A stretch of DNA of 63,659 bases, filler included, from Neolecta irregularis DAH-3 (Eukaryota), in assembly GCA_001929475.1 (NCBI GenBank). It is 5 parts of 5 records of this genome, joined end to end, with 100 filler letters (N's around TTAATTAATTAA, not from the genome) between each part and the next. Parts side by side here need not be neighbours in the genome. Positions count along the whole stretch, not along the records: positions 30,138 to 44,850 come from LXFE01002457.1; positions 44,951 to 59,704 come from LXFE01000177.1; 3 more parts are not named here. One strand, 5' to 3'. The notes beneath the pieces are model-generated. The model was not told the DNA's origin. It saw only the letters and a list, made by a program, of their open reading frames with translations, and did not search any database. A program made the translations under genes and the position numbers. Shown one piece after another: positions 35,906 to 48,302 of the stretch; the first letter of the stretch is position 1; each line of letters starts with the position of its first letter.

Positions 35906-36681
35906 CGAGTTCTTTGACTAGTTCTTCGAGGACGGTCCTGTCAACGAGACCTTGAATACTCTGCGCAGCCTACAATTAGAAATGTGAGCGAGCAATCATA
36001 CTGATTCTAATGCATCCACAGATTTTTCAATGGTTGCCATCATTTGCGTTATCTGTGAACGATTCTCCGTGATTTCTCGCAGCATGCTGTCATTCTCTAG
36101 TTGGATCTAAAGTTGGCAAAAGTGGCGAAAGCGGTACCTGTTTGAGATTCCCTTGTAGAGATTCTAGTCGTTTTTTCTTCAACGGCATTAAATGTGCCTC
36201 GACCAATAACTCTGGCGACAAATTATCTGGCCTAGACTTAATATATATCAACAACAGACATACAGCTTGGCACTCTCGCAGCCTGTATCCTTTCTCAGTT
36301 TGGCATCCTCAATTAACTGGTCCAGTTCATTCAGCTTTTGAACTGTTTGTCTCCGTTCCATAACTTCTTGAAACTGAACCTCGGCGAATCAGCGTCTCCT
36401 TCCTTCTAGCTCGGTTACCGCCCCGTGCTCCTTTAAAAAATCGAGAATTGATCCGTGGATGCTGTCGAGCGATTCAGCTGATTCTTGCGCGACAAGAGGA
36501 AAACACTGAGCCAGACGCTCGCGGCTGCCCATCAGCAATGTAATTACTCAAATATACGTTAATCGCGATACCGTCTGCGAAAGCGAGCGCTCAAGTACTT
36601 TTTTGAGCGCTTTAGCGCGGGGGCCGTCTGTCAGGGACATTAAACTGATTAATTGTGGTGAGTGTTTTATCGCCTCCTGCT

Positions 36682-39316
36682 ATGGCTGCGGACCTGGACC
36701 TGGAGGAAATCAAACGATACGAAGACTTTGCCACTATAGGTAATCAATATTTTCTTATATCCACTTGACCTACAGACTGGCTGCAGGATGCCGCTAAAGA
36801 ATTGTTTCGTCGCAAGCAAGCAAAATTACACCATTCCGGTGGAAGCGTGTTTCTGAGAGGAAAGTCTCGCTGGAAACGAGTTTTGTCAAAGGGCTATGAT
36901 GCTGGTCAAACGTGGATTGTAATGACCATTGTCGGTATTAATTTCGTCTTACTGTCTAATACAAGGGGTTGTCATCGGCCTCAATGCCGGATTCATGAGT
37001 ATCATGACCGAATGGTTATCAGATCTCAAGTCTGGATACTGCTCACGCACTTGGTATCTCAATGAAGAATTTTGTTGTTGGGAAGCAGAACCCGGGATGT
37101 GTGTCGATTGGCATAAATGGTCAAATTTTGCCCCATTCAGTTTCTTGTTTTATACTTATTTTGCAGTTTGTTCTCACCCTGTTGGTTGCTTATATTCCAA
37201 GGTGCTATTCGCGTTTACTTCTGCTTTTCTAGTCAAATCATGGGCGCCTTATGCCGCTGGCTCGGGAATATCAGAAATCAAATGTATCCTCGCAGGATTC
37301 ATCATGAAAGGCTTTCTGGGCGCCCGCACTTTACTCCTCAAATCAGTGGGACTACCACTAGCCATTGCCTCAGGTCTTAGTGTCGGAAAGGAAGGGCCAA
37401 GTGTACATGTTGCAGTTTGCGCCGGACATGTCGTGTCGAGATATTTCCGCAAATTCGAAACAAATGCAGGAGAAATGAGAGAGATTTACTCTGCTTCTTG
37501 TGCTGCCGGTGTCGCTGTTGCCTTTGGTACCAATCCTACAAATCGCTAAACTCAATTGTAGGCAGTCCCATTGGCGGCGTATTGTTCTCGCTCGAGGTAT
37601 AATTGCAAGATGACAATACTTGACTCTCAGGAAATGTCGCCCAATTTTCCCCAAAGTACAATGTGGAAATCCTTCTTCTGCGCCTTGATAGCAACCGCTG
37701 TTCTCTCTGCAATAAACCCGTTTCGAACAGGTCAGCTCGTACTTTTCCAAGTACATTACGATCGAACCTGGCATTCCTTTGAAGTCATCTTTTTCATCAT
37801 CATCGGTATCTTTGGAGGCCTCTATGGCGCTTTTGTCATAAAATGGAACTTGCGAGCACAAGCCTTTCGTAAGAGATACCTCTCTCAATATGCAATTTGG
37901 GAAGTCGTCTTCCTCGCGCTCCTCACTGCCGTTGTGGGATACTTTAACGTGTTTGTACGTGTAGATATGACCGAGGCGCTGGGATCGCTATTCAGGGAAT
38001 GCAATGGCATGAAAGATTTCAATGGGATCTGCAATCCTTCAGAATCATGGTGGGTTGCAATCTCCTTATTTCTTGCCGCGATAATTCGAACGTTCTTTAT
38101 CGTCATATCATACGGTTCAAAAGTTCCCGCAGGTATTTTTGTCCCTAGTATGGCTGTTGGCGCGACCTTTGGGAGATTTGTCGGAACTCTGGTCGATATG
38201 ATGCAACGATCTTATCCACAATCAAGTCTATTCAGCGCATGCGTGTCAGATATTTCGGTGTGGTCTTGATCAACATGTTATTGATAATATAGTGTATCAC
38301 GCCTGGTACCTATGCATTCCTAGGGGCAGCTGCTGCTCTGAGTGGGATAATGCATATTACAGTCTCTGTAGTGGTCATCATGTTTGAACTCACAGGCGCT
38401 TTGACATATACCCTACCCTGCATGGTAACTGCTCGGTCAATATTTTCTCACTTATTAGATCGTCCTTGGGGTTACAAAGGCAACATACGCCTATTTCGAG
38501 AAAGGTGGTATTGCAGACCGCATGATCTGGTTCAACGGTTTTCCGTTTCTCGATAATAAAGAAGAGCACACTTTTGGTATTCCTGTCTCACACGTTATGG
38601 TTCGGGATGTGACATATATCCCAGCATCTGGTTTGAAATTAAAAGATGTAGGTATGATTATCTTTTTCCTTGTCCCTCAACACCTAATAATTAGAATCAC
38701 TCATTTCTCAATCAACATATCGCGGTTTCCCCATCGTCTCAGACAGAGAGTCAAGATATTTAGCAGGATATATTGGCAAAAGAGAGATTAAATTCGTCAT
38801 TGGTTCGCAGCTTTTCAATTCCACGTTAACATTCCTTTAGATCGCGCGAAACGAAGTCGTCCAATTGATCCAAATGCTCTTTGTTATTTCTCCCTGAGCG
38901 ACGAGCCGACGTTATACGATCCTTCAATAGAACATTTCCAAATTGGCACATCATCTTCATCGTCTCTTGATTTTGCCAAATTCATTGATCCAACACCACT
39001 AACTGTGCACCCCCGCCTTCCACTCGAAACAGTAATGGACTTTTTCAAAAAGCTTGGGCCAAGAGTCATTCTCGTAGAAGAAAAAGGTCATCTCTGCGGT
39101 CTTGTGACAGTCAAAGATGTTCTTAAATACGAATTCAAGGTTGAAAATGCGGAAAATCCAAGAGATAATACCGTTGTTGGGGAGATGGAGAGAAAGTTAT
39201 GGGATCGAACCATCACCTTTGCGAAATATATGAAAGCCGGATGGGAAGGACGTCGCACTACTCCGGACGATCGGGATAGTTTGGAGCTAGATGAACAAAT
39301 TCCTCTAACATTATGA
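36682..39316 (+). CDS. CLC chloride channel/antiporter (Gef1/ClC-3-like) with CBS domains
   Basis: [29 protein letters not shown] and GIFVP motifs. Confidence 0.96.
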
Positions 39317-39369
39317 TTGGGTCGATTTTTGGTGTTCAAAAGATTACAAAAGTGTATAGATTTTGTTGG

Positions 39370-40273
39370 CTATTTGTTTACTGCAACCTCTTTGACAGTC
39401 GACTTGCCCTCAACAATACTCCTGATGGTTGAATGAATCTCGGTAAAGTCTGAAAAGGTCAACATGAATGAAAAATCAGATTACCTATAAATTCTCTGTA
39501 TGGAATATTTTCTTGTCGACAATAGGTAATCAAGTCTTGTCCCGCTTTGGCGAAAAGCAAGTCCGTTTCTGCTGCTGCAGAAAGATCGCTTACACCTGGT
39601 AATTTTAGTACTGATGACTTCTCAGTCAGATACCATCACCACAATAAAACAGCGTTGGTCGTTGTCCTTTGGGGAGAGAACTATATGGCTTGATAGCTAG
39701 ACTTTTGTCGTGACCAAAGTGACTTGCGAGGTAAATGGTTATTCAAACCTCGATATACCTGTCATCATGGAAGACGATATTCCAAGACCCATTTTTATGG
39801 ATATCCACAGAATTTGACACAATCTGAATCTTCTCCGCACTTGGCCCGATAAGGTCTTTTAGCAAAGCTCGGATGATCGGCTCCATCCCCGAAGATAAGA
39901 TGATTACGGTGATATCATGTTGCAGACACCAATCGAAGAAGGCCTTGAACCCAGGATCAAGCTTGATATCTGTTCTTGTTATCTCAGGGGCTACAATCCA
40001 TGTTTATACTTTTTCTCAAGAGCTCAATACACTCTGTAAATGACAGCTTGACACTGTCAAGCATCTCTTTGAAAGCATCGCGAAAAGAAGAACGATTTTG
40101 TAGGACATCGCAGTTGAGTTTACGCCTTTGCTCCGATCCGATCCCGACATTGTCTTGTCAATTAGGATAATCAGCAAAAGAGGAAGCAAGAAACCAGTCA
40201 GATAGTCATTTGAATCTTGTAGAGTAATTGTTCCATCAAAATCTGAGAAGACAATGTATTTAGTCAGTACCAT
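39370..40273 (-). CDS. HAD-superfamily phosphatase (YNL010W/Pyp1-like)
   Basis: FSDFDGTITLQDSND, LDPGFKAF, ILSSGM, GHDKS and GDGVSDLSAA motifs. Confidence 0.9.
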
Positions 40274-40447
40274 GATCGTAGGAAGTTTTATATCTTCGTG
40301 TTACGTTATCGTAAGGATAAGAAATACACACGGCGGAATCTGGAAAAAATCTATTAAGCGGAGGAAATTTCATTCGTTTTACAAGAAGACCTACCAGGTC
40401 GATTGTGAACCTTGACAATAACTAATGACTATTGTAGGAATAGTGAT

Positions 40448-41580
40448 ATGAATATTCCACGCATCTTCAGAGTTGGCTTATTCGCTCCAATAAAACCAGG
40501 GAAACCATTCGCAATTCTTTTGCGGAGACTTGATTCATCAAAAGTGGACTCTCCTGATGCTAAAGATGATCGGCCGCCAAAAATTAAAGAAAAATTGTAC
40601 AATCTCCCTTCACAACTCGAATCGAGAAGATCAAATCTATCAAAGAAATTTTCCAATGCCATGGAACAACTTCAAACCTCCTTATTCTTTGCCGGAAAAC
40701 GTTTAAACGAAATTACTGGTTATTCAGATATTGAAGTCTTGAAGAAAGCCATTGAAGAGCAAGGTAATATTCATTTGATAATGGTCGCTGAGCGGCAGAA
40801 ATTGCACTCAAAAAAACTCTATCCAAAGTTCAACAAGCCAAAGAAACTTATTCAAAGGCAGTTGCTACCCGATCTTCCTCGCAACGTGAAGTGAGCGAGC
40901 TTCTTCAACGGAAAGATACATGGACGAAATCGATCGCTGAACATTTCACAAATCTTTACATGAACAATCATGAGAACGAACAGGCGGAGTCACAATCTCA
41001 AATCGCCTTGGCGGAAACCGAAGGTGCAGCAGACGAAATTCGAACAGAGCTGGCGAGAACATTGTTGGCAAGATATCATGAAGAGCAAATTTGGAGCGAT
41101 AAAATTCGTCGGGCTAGTACTTGGGGAACATGGGGACTCATGGGATTCAACATCCTGCTGTTCATTGTTGTACAATTGGGATTAGAGCCGTGGAAGAGGA
41201 GCAGGCTAATAAACAGCTTTGAAGAGAAAGTTAGATCCGTCATAGCCGAGGAAAAGACTAAAGAAGGGGGAATTTCAAGGATCATTGAAGCAGAAGAGCT
41301 AAAAACTCTAGCTGGTATGCAAAATCTACTCACGTTATCATAATAATTATTAGATAATTCTTCCAAACCTGATGAAAACCTCGAGAGTTTTCCAACTGTT
41401 GTTTCGGCAGATTTACCAAGCCTCTTTTCTTCGCTGGCAAATTTTAAACACGTTCAAGATGTCATGAATGACGAACAAATTATCGCCCGGAGAAGGGAGT
41501 TGGCCTTATTTGGGATTGCATGTACCGCTGGAGGCGCAGTACTTGGATTTCTATTACCTTATCTCATATCCTCGTTCTAG
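40448..41580 (+). CDS. SHE9: Mitochondrial inner-membrane protein She9/Mdm33
   Basis: LNEITGYSDIEVLK, RYHEEQIWSDKIRRASTWGT and EPWKR motifs. Confidence 0.95.
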
Positions 41581-41723
41581 ATTTCATCTCTTCTTAGAAA
41601 TGTTTTCTCTTTTTTGCGTGGTCATCCGACTTTTGTAATATTATTGGAACGGTCACGGAAGATTTCGGGTTTAATATTTTTGCTCCTCACGGTTAGACCC
41701 GGAACACCAACATTTATCGACTC

Positions 41724-42247
41724 ATGTTTGGCCTCTTATCACGCCAGCTCTTTCGGCCGAATACTCCTTTTCTTTTGCGAAAACAGCCAGTTTTATGTCC
41801 CACTCGTTCAGTCACTTTAAATCAGGTTATGCGAGGTGCCCGAAAAAAACAGGCTAAACGTAAACCTCAATCGCCTGCTCTTAAAGGTTGCCCTCAGCTC
41901 AAAGGAGTTTGTAATAAAATATATGTGGAGAAACCCAAGAAGCCTAATTCCGCCCAACGTAAGGTTGCTCGAGTTCGGCTGTCAACTGGGAAGACTGTCA
42001 TTTGTTACATTCCAGGCGAAGGTCATAACGCCCAAGAGCATTCGGTTGTTTTGGTAAGGGGAGGAAGAGTTCAAGATTTACCGGGTGTAAGGTATAAGCT
42101 TGTGAGAGGAAGCAGAGATCTTGGAGGTGTTGTGAATAGAGTTAATTCAAGGTCAAAATATGGCAGTATGTTCCCTCGAAAACTGTGGTGAGATACTGAC
42201 GATTGATAGCCAAGAAACCTGCACCTGTAGAAAAGGAAAAGAAGTAG
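41724..42247 (+). CDS. MRPS12: Mitochondrial ribosomal protein uS12m
   Basis: Presequence; [23 protein letters not shown] and DLPGVRY; last exon follows the intron 42166-42209. Confidence 0.95.
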
Positions 42248-42467
42248 ATTGTGCTTGAAGTTTGGGCCTTGTAAATGTTTGGGAACCGTGTTCATGATCA
42301 TATGGAAAGAACTGTTCATTTTCAGTTCTAGTAGCCAAAATGGAGAAGATTATCTAAAAGATTGCGATCACAATACAGAATAGTCGACTTATTCGTAAAT
42401 GTGAGAATGAGCATGCTTTGGCCCAACGCCTAGGTCTCAAATATATCCAGAAACCGTCCCCATTCCA

Positions 42468-44423
42468 ATGGAGACCATTAATGTTGCAATTCTCATCGGT
42501 AAATACAATTCAGAAATAATCTCAAAAATTTAGTAAGCGACACTGCTGCAACATCTCCACATACCGACAAGTCCTTTGGTGCAATTTCTTCAGTTCTGAA
42601 AAAGCCATTCAACGTCTTGCACAAAGCCATTGTCCCAGATGAGCCACAACAAATCAAAGACCGAGTTTTCGAATGGACACAACAGAGAATTCCATTGATA
42701 TTGACATCCGGAGGAACAGGTTTCGGCAAAAGAGATGTAACCCCAGAAGTACGTGATATTCAGGATATTTTATTGAAAGTTGCAGGCAATTCTGCCGTTG
42801 ATAGAGCGTCAAACACCAGGCTTGATCCATGCTATGTTTGAGGGCGGCCTGAAAAATACGCCTATGGCAATTTTATCCCGCCCTGTCGCGGGAATATGTC
42901 AAAACAGTATAATAGTCACTTTGCCCGGCAGCCCCAAGGCCGTCATCGAGAGCCTTTCATCGATAATAGGAGTTATGGAACATGCTTGTCAACTGGCTTT
43001 TGGTGGAGATAGCAGATTGATACATCAAGGAGAAATCAATACTTATGGACATTCTTGTGCACACATCAAGGCAAGGTTGAGTGATCCTAGTAAGCTCAAA
43101 TTCCGAAAGATGTTGATCTCAAGTTCACGCAAGAGCACGGGTATCACCATATCCCTTGATGCCTTTACCGACTGCTTTGGCTTTGATAATGCAAAATACC
43201 TTTCCACTCGAAACATGCATTATGAAGATTGATTCAACTTTGGTTAATTATATTATTGCAACTGACATCGTCTCTCGAGACCCTGTTCCAGCTTTCAGAG
43301 CCAGTATAGTTGATGGTTACGCAGTTCATTCCTCTGATGGGCCTGGAATCTACAGGCTTCATTCAATTGCACATGCTAAAGCAAACGGCACAATGGAACT
43401 TCCAACGGGATTTATCAGCCGCATTGCAACAGGTGCTGCCATTCCTGATGGTGCAGATGCAATTGTTATGGTCGAAGATACAACGCTTATTTCAACAGAC
43501 GGATATGAGGAAAAGGAAATTGAGATTCTTGTATCTGTCAAGCCAGGAGAAAACATACGAGATATTGGATCGGATCTTGCAGCCAGAACAATTGTTCTTC
43601 ACAAGGGTACAAAAATTACTTCAGTCGGTGGTGAGGTCGGAATATTGAATAGCATGGGGATGACCGAGATAAAAGTTATCAGAAGACCAATAATTGGTGT
43701 TCTATCGACGGGAAATGAAGTGGTTGAGCCTGGCTCACTGATAAGGAGGGGAGAAGTCTATGATTCAAACCGACCTGCCATTATTACTCTTCTTCGTTCT
43801 CTCAGTTTCGAAGTCGTTGATCTTGGCATCTGCGGCGACAAGTATGAATTCATTTTCAAAATAAGTGTTAATATGATAGTCCAGATTCACTTAAACAGAA
43901 ATTACAAACACCAAACATTGATGTTCTCATATCCAGCGGAGGCGTTTCGATGGGCGATCTTGATCTACTAAAACCACTTCTTCTCGAGTTGGATTATAAA
44001 ATACATTTCGGTCGAGTAGCAATGAAGCCTGGCAAACCAACAACGTTCGCCACTTCGCCTAATGGCCAAATATTTTTTGGGTTACCCGGAAATCCAGCTA
44101 GTGCAATCGTAACGACTTTTGTGTTCGTTTTACCTGCTTTGGGTCGACTTTCTGGCGATTTCAAAGATGAAAGATATGTCCATGTGGTTCTGAAAGATGA
44201 ATGGATGAGATTGGATGAACGTGAGGAGTTTGTGAGGGCGAATATCTTTTCTGAAGAAACAGGAAGATTAACTGCGCGAATCATAACTGGTGGACAGAGG
44301 AGTAGCCGAGTAGGTAGTATGGTTGGTGCAAACGCACTGTTACATTTCCCTTGTCGTACGAAAAGTAAACTCGGCATCAAGTCGGGGGAAATCGTCAAAG
44401 GAATAATGCTGGTCACACTTTAA
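42468..44423 (+). CDS. Gephyrin/CnxE-like Moco biosynthesis protein (MogA G-domain + MoeA E-domain)
   Basis: TSGGTGFGKRDVTPE, TLPGSPKA, SIVDGYA, YDSNRP, MKPGKPT, GLPGNP and QRSSR motifs. Confidence 0.95.
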
Positions 44424-44850
44424 ATGACATGTCAACCCTTACGGGTCAAATTATTTTCGCCTTACACTTGCTTGAAGACGAATTGAAATAGGATTCATAG
44501 AGTTTCAATACTAATACATAATAGTCATTTGCTGCTTAGAATTGCAGCCAACACAGTGGAAATATATGAGCACTTGGTAATGTTAAGCAATATCAATTTT
44601 CAACATCCAATCAGACCACATTCACTTTCCCACTGGATATTATAAAACAGAGCAATGTCGCATTCTTCTGTGCCTTGTCTGAGCTTATTCTACTGCTGTA
44701 AGAGTCACAGTTCTTACGGTAGGAATCAGGAAGGGATATCTCGCCATCTCACGTGGAGATGCGTTATCAGTTGTATATAAACCGGTCACATTACGCACAC
44801 CTAACCCATGTCCACGTACTGAGGTTAGGTATGCTCTCATGTACATAGAT

Positions 44851-44950
44851 NNNNNNNNNNNNNNNNNNNNNNNNNNNNNNNNNNNNNNNNNNNNTTAATT
44901 AATTAANNNNNNNNNNNNNNNNNNNNNNNNNNNNNNNNNNNNNNNNNNNN
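44851..44950. other. Artificial scaffold gap linker
   Basis: N44-TTAATTAATTAA-N44. Confidence 0.97.
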
Positions 44951-45040
44951 AGCAAGTCCAAAGGCCTGAAATATGCAAGCAAGCAAGTCCAAAGTCCAGA
45001 ATTGGACTTGCTTACTCGTTAGCAAGTCTGGTCGCCTTTA
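44951..45040. mobile_element. Possible terminus of a DNA transposon/MITE
   Basis: AGCAAGTC three times plus its inverse GACTTGCT, clustered at a contig edge. Confidence 0.4.
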
Positions 45041-46130
45041 GACCCAGAGTCGGTATAATTATATTCTATCTTGCGTAAATGCCGCTTCTCTATCAAACAG
45101 TCAGATTATTCTTGCTGTACAGCTTTTGCTGTCGAACTATGCCCAATAAACGAGATATGGGACTTACAAAATCCTGTAGGATACCTTTATGTTACTCCCA
45201 ACGACGTCATAAAAGCATACATTTCACATGCTTGCTATCACAGTTATTAAGGGTGGTAGAGTTGTATTTATCCCTTGAGAGCGAGTGACTATTCAATATT
45301 GGTCTCTATGATAACGCGATATACGAGTAAAAGAAGACCACGGTAAAAAGAGCAACCCTTGGCGGCACCCTAATGTTTACCGGAAGTAAACTCATTTATC
45401 TCAACGATTGGCGGTATATTATTTATTAGTCAAAAGTGATGAGATAAAAGAGAAATTAGAATTGTGAACTAATGGTGGACTACTAGGTTCTCAAAAGTCT
45501 CACAGCAAATAATATGTCAATGTAGTGACCCTTGGGAGTCCAGTATTAGCGCCAATGGCCTGACAAAGGAAGAGAATATTATGTCGAGTGCCAAAGACTA
45601 AAGTCAAGAGGAGAAAATGTCCCCTAGAAAATATTCATTTAAAGGCTCTTGAGATCAAGATGTCAAAGGTAATCAAGTAAATCGAAACGGGGACCCGTTT
45701 TAATTCAAGTTGTTGTAAAAACTTCGTGCAAAGATTCATGGACGGTTTCCTTCCTGCTCGAGGTTTTGAAGAAGGTCAGAGAAACATAATAGATGATAAT
45801 TATTACGAATCCTTGCTTCGGCAGCGTTCGTTTCCGCCGATTAAAGATCCTTGAAATTACTCCGCTCTCCGTTTGTTCGATTATCATTCAATGCGGCCGG
45901 CGTTCAGTTCTCAGCTAGAAATTACACTATCCTGCTCCTTCTTGTGCAGAGAAGAATAGTACAATTTATGTCCGGGTAATCTCGGAACACTCGTGTGACT
46001 TTCGCTTTTTCTACACTCGGAAAAATTAGGGGCCGCTCTCTCGTCCTTAAAAGGTCGCGCATGTTACAGTTAACCTCCAAAACTTCTTTCTTGTCTTTAC
46101 TCAATTTCACCTCTCCTCTCCTCCGCAGAT

Positions 46131-47208
46131 ATGTCCGAGAAACAGTCGAACTTTTTGATTGATTTCCTGATGGGTGGTGTTTCCGCAGCCGTCTCGAAGT
46201 CGGTCAGTAGCCTTGTGTCGGGAGTTATTTACGGGTAGGCTGCCGCACCCATCGAGCGAGTCAAACTCCTCATTCAGAATCAGGATGAGATGATCAAGGT
46301 ATGAATTCAATCACGCTGTTGGTCCTAATCAAAATCAGAGCGGGCGATTGGATAGACGATATGGGGGTATCGTCGAATGTTTCAAAAGAACAACCGCAGA
46401 TGAAGGTATCCTTGCTTTATGGAGAGGAAACACAGCCAATGTCATTCGTTATTTCCCAACTCAAGCCTTGAATTTTGCTTTCAAAGATCATTTCAAAAAG
46501 ATGTACATCCATCTTTTCCTCTAATCTCAAACGCTAATCAATAAGATTTGGATTAAAAAAGGAAGATGGTTATTGGCCTTGGTTTGCGAGTAACTTGGGG
46601 TCTGGTGGAGCAGCCGGAGCCTCGTCATTGTTTTTTGTTTACTCCCTCGACTATGCCCGAACGCGTCTCGCAAATGATGCCAAATCCGCTAAAAAAGGAG
46701 GAGAACGTCAATTTAAGGGTCTTATCGACGTCTACAAAAAGACTTTGGCCAGTGATGGAATCGTCGGTCTTTACAGAGGCTTTATGCCTTCTGTTGCTGG
46801 TATAGTCGTTTACCGAGGATTATACTTTGGTCTTTACGATTCTCTTAAACCAGTGGTTCTTACTGGGTCTCTTGATGGAAATTTCCTTGCTTCTTTCCTT
46901 CTGGGATGGGCTGTTACCACTGGGGCAGGTCTAGCATCGTATCCTCTCGACACCGTTCGTCGACGTAGCTTTCCTTCATCTCGTGTAGCTAATTGGTAGG
47001 TATGATGATGACATCAGGAGAGGCCGTGAAATATTCATCTTCAATGCAGGCGTTCTCTCAAATCGTTGCTCGGGAAGGTATGAGGTCTTTGTTTAATGGA
47101 GCCGGAGCCAATGTTCTACGTGGTATTGCCGGAGCCGGTGCCTTATCCATGTACGACCAGTTCCAGGTCCTCCTCCTCGGGAAGAAGTTTTCTGGTGGTA
47201 GTGGATAA
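46131..47208 (+). CDS. AAC: Mitochondrial ADP/ATP carrier
   Basis: [33 protein letters not shown] and RRRMMM signature. Confidence 0.97.
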
Positions 47209-47407
47209 CTGTATCAAGTTGTGGATGTGGAGATACGTCGTGGTACATGTAGTTGGTTGTCGGTGAAACAATTAATTGAATGGTACAGAGTGATCGCCTT
47301 TGCGCTTGTGAAACGCTCCGTCTATCAGCTGATCGTCGTAGTCTCCTTAACATCTCTATATAAACCAGTAGTTTTGGGTTCTGAACCACTCCATCAAACG
47401 AGTCTAA

Positions 47408-48302
47408 ATGCCTGCTGCCACCAGAGTTCTTATCTCCGTTCCTTTGCTCCTTTACATGGTCCACAAATCCTATAAAACAGGCTCCCTCTCTTTCTCCGGA
47501 TGTATAGCAGCCTTCATAACGGGATTAATCAATGCTCTTCATCCACAAAACGCTATTTTTCTTCTCCTTACCCTCTTCTTCTCGGGCACCGTAATGACAA
47601 AAGTACCCATTCTGGAAGGAAGAGAATGTTAATAAGATAGTACAAATCTCAAATTAAAGATTCAATTGTAATCACGAAACAATCTGCCGCAAGACCAAAC
47701 CGAACAGCAACCCAAGTGTTTGCAAACTCTGGGGTTGCAACGGTATTATTGTGTCTACATATTCTCTATCCATCATTCGACGTATTTTTAGTCGGTGCAG
47801 TCGTGTACCTTCTTTCAGTGAAACCTAGAGATAATGGACTAGACAATATGCTGCAATGGCAGGCGATACATTTTCCTCTGAACTAGGAATTCTCTCAACT
47901 TCTTCCCCTAGATTGGTAACAACGTTTAAGCGTGTCCCGAAGGGTACAAATGGCGGAATTTCGCCACTAGGTTTATTTGCAGCTTTCCTGGGTGGTTTTA
48001 CAATCTTCCTCATCTCGATAATCGTTCTAGCCTTGCCTCGATCGGTAATCTTCCTAATTAGTATTTTTGGAGGGTTGCTCGGCAGTTTAATAGACTCGAT
48101 TCTAGGAGCGACTATGCAAGAGACTAGATTGATCAATGGAAAGGTTGTCGAGGAAAGTGAGGACGGGATTAGAAGTTGTGGCCGGAACTTGTTGGATAAT
48201 CATCAGGTATATTGTAGCACTAAAAATTTGGTTAATTGCCAGGTGAATTTTGTGAGTGGGTTAGTGACAGCTGTGATATTTATGTTAATATATGGTGTCT
48301 AA
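47408..48302 (+). CDS. TMEM19/DUF92 membrane protein
   Basis: RTATQVFANS, AGDTFSSELG, VPKGTNGGIS and LIDSILGATMQ motifs. Confidence 0.9.

Noticed and set aside
36586..36611. AGCGCTCAA-N8-TTGAGCGCT hairpin upstream of the CLC gene
   Set aside because: A single 9-bp stem is plausible by chance and has no RNA-family features
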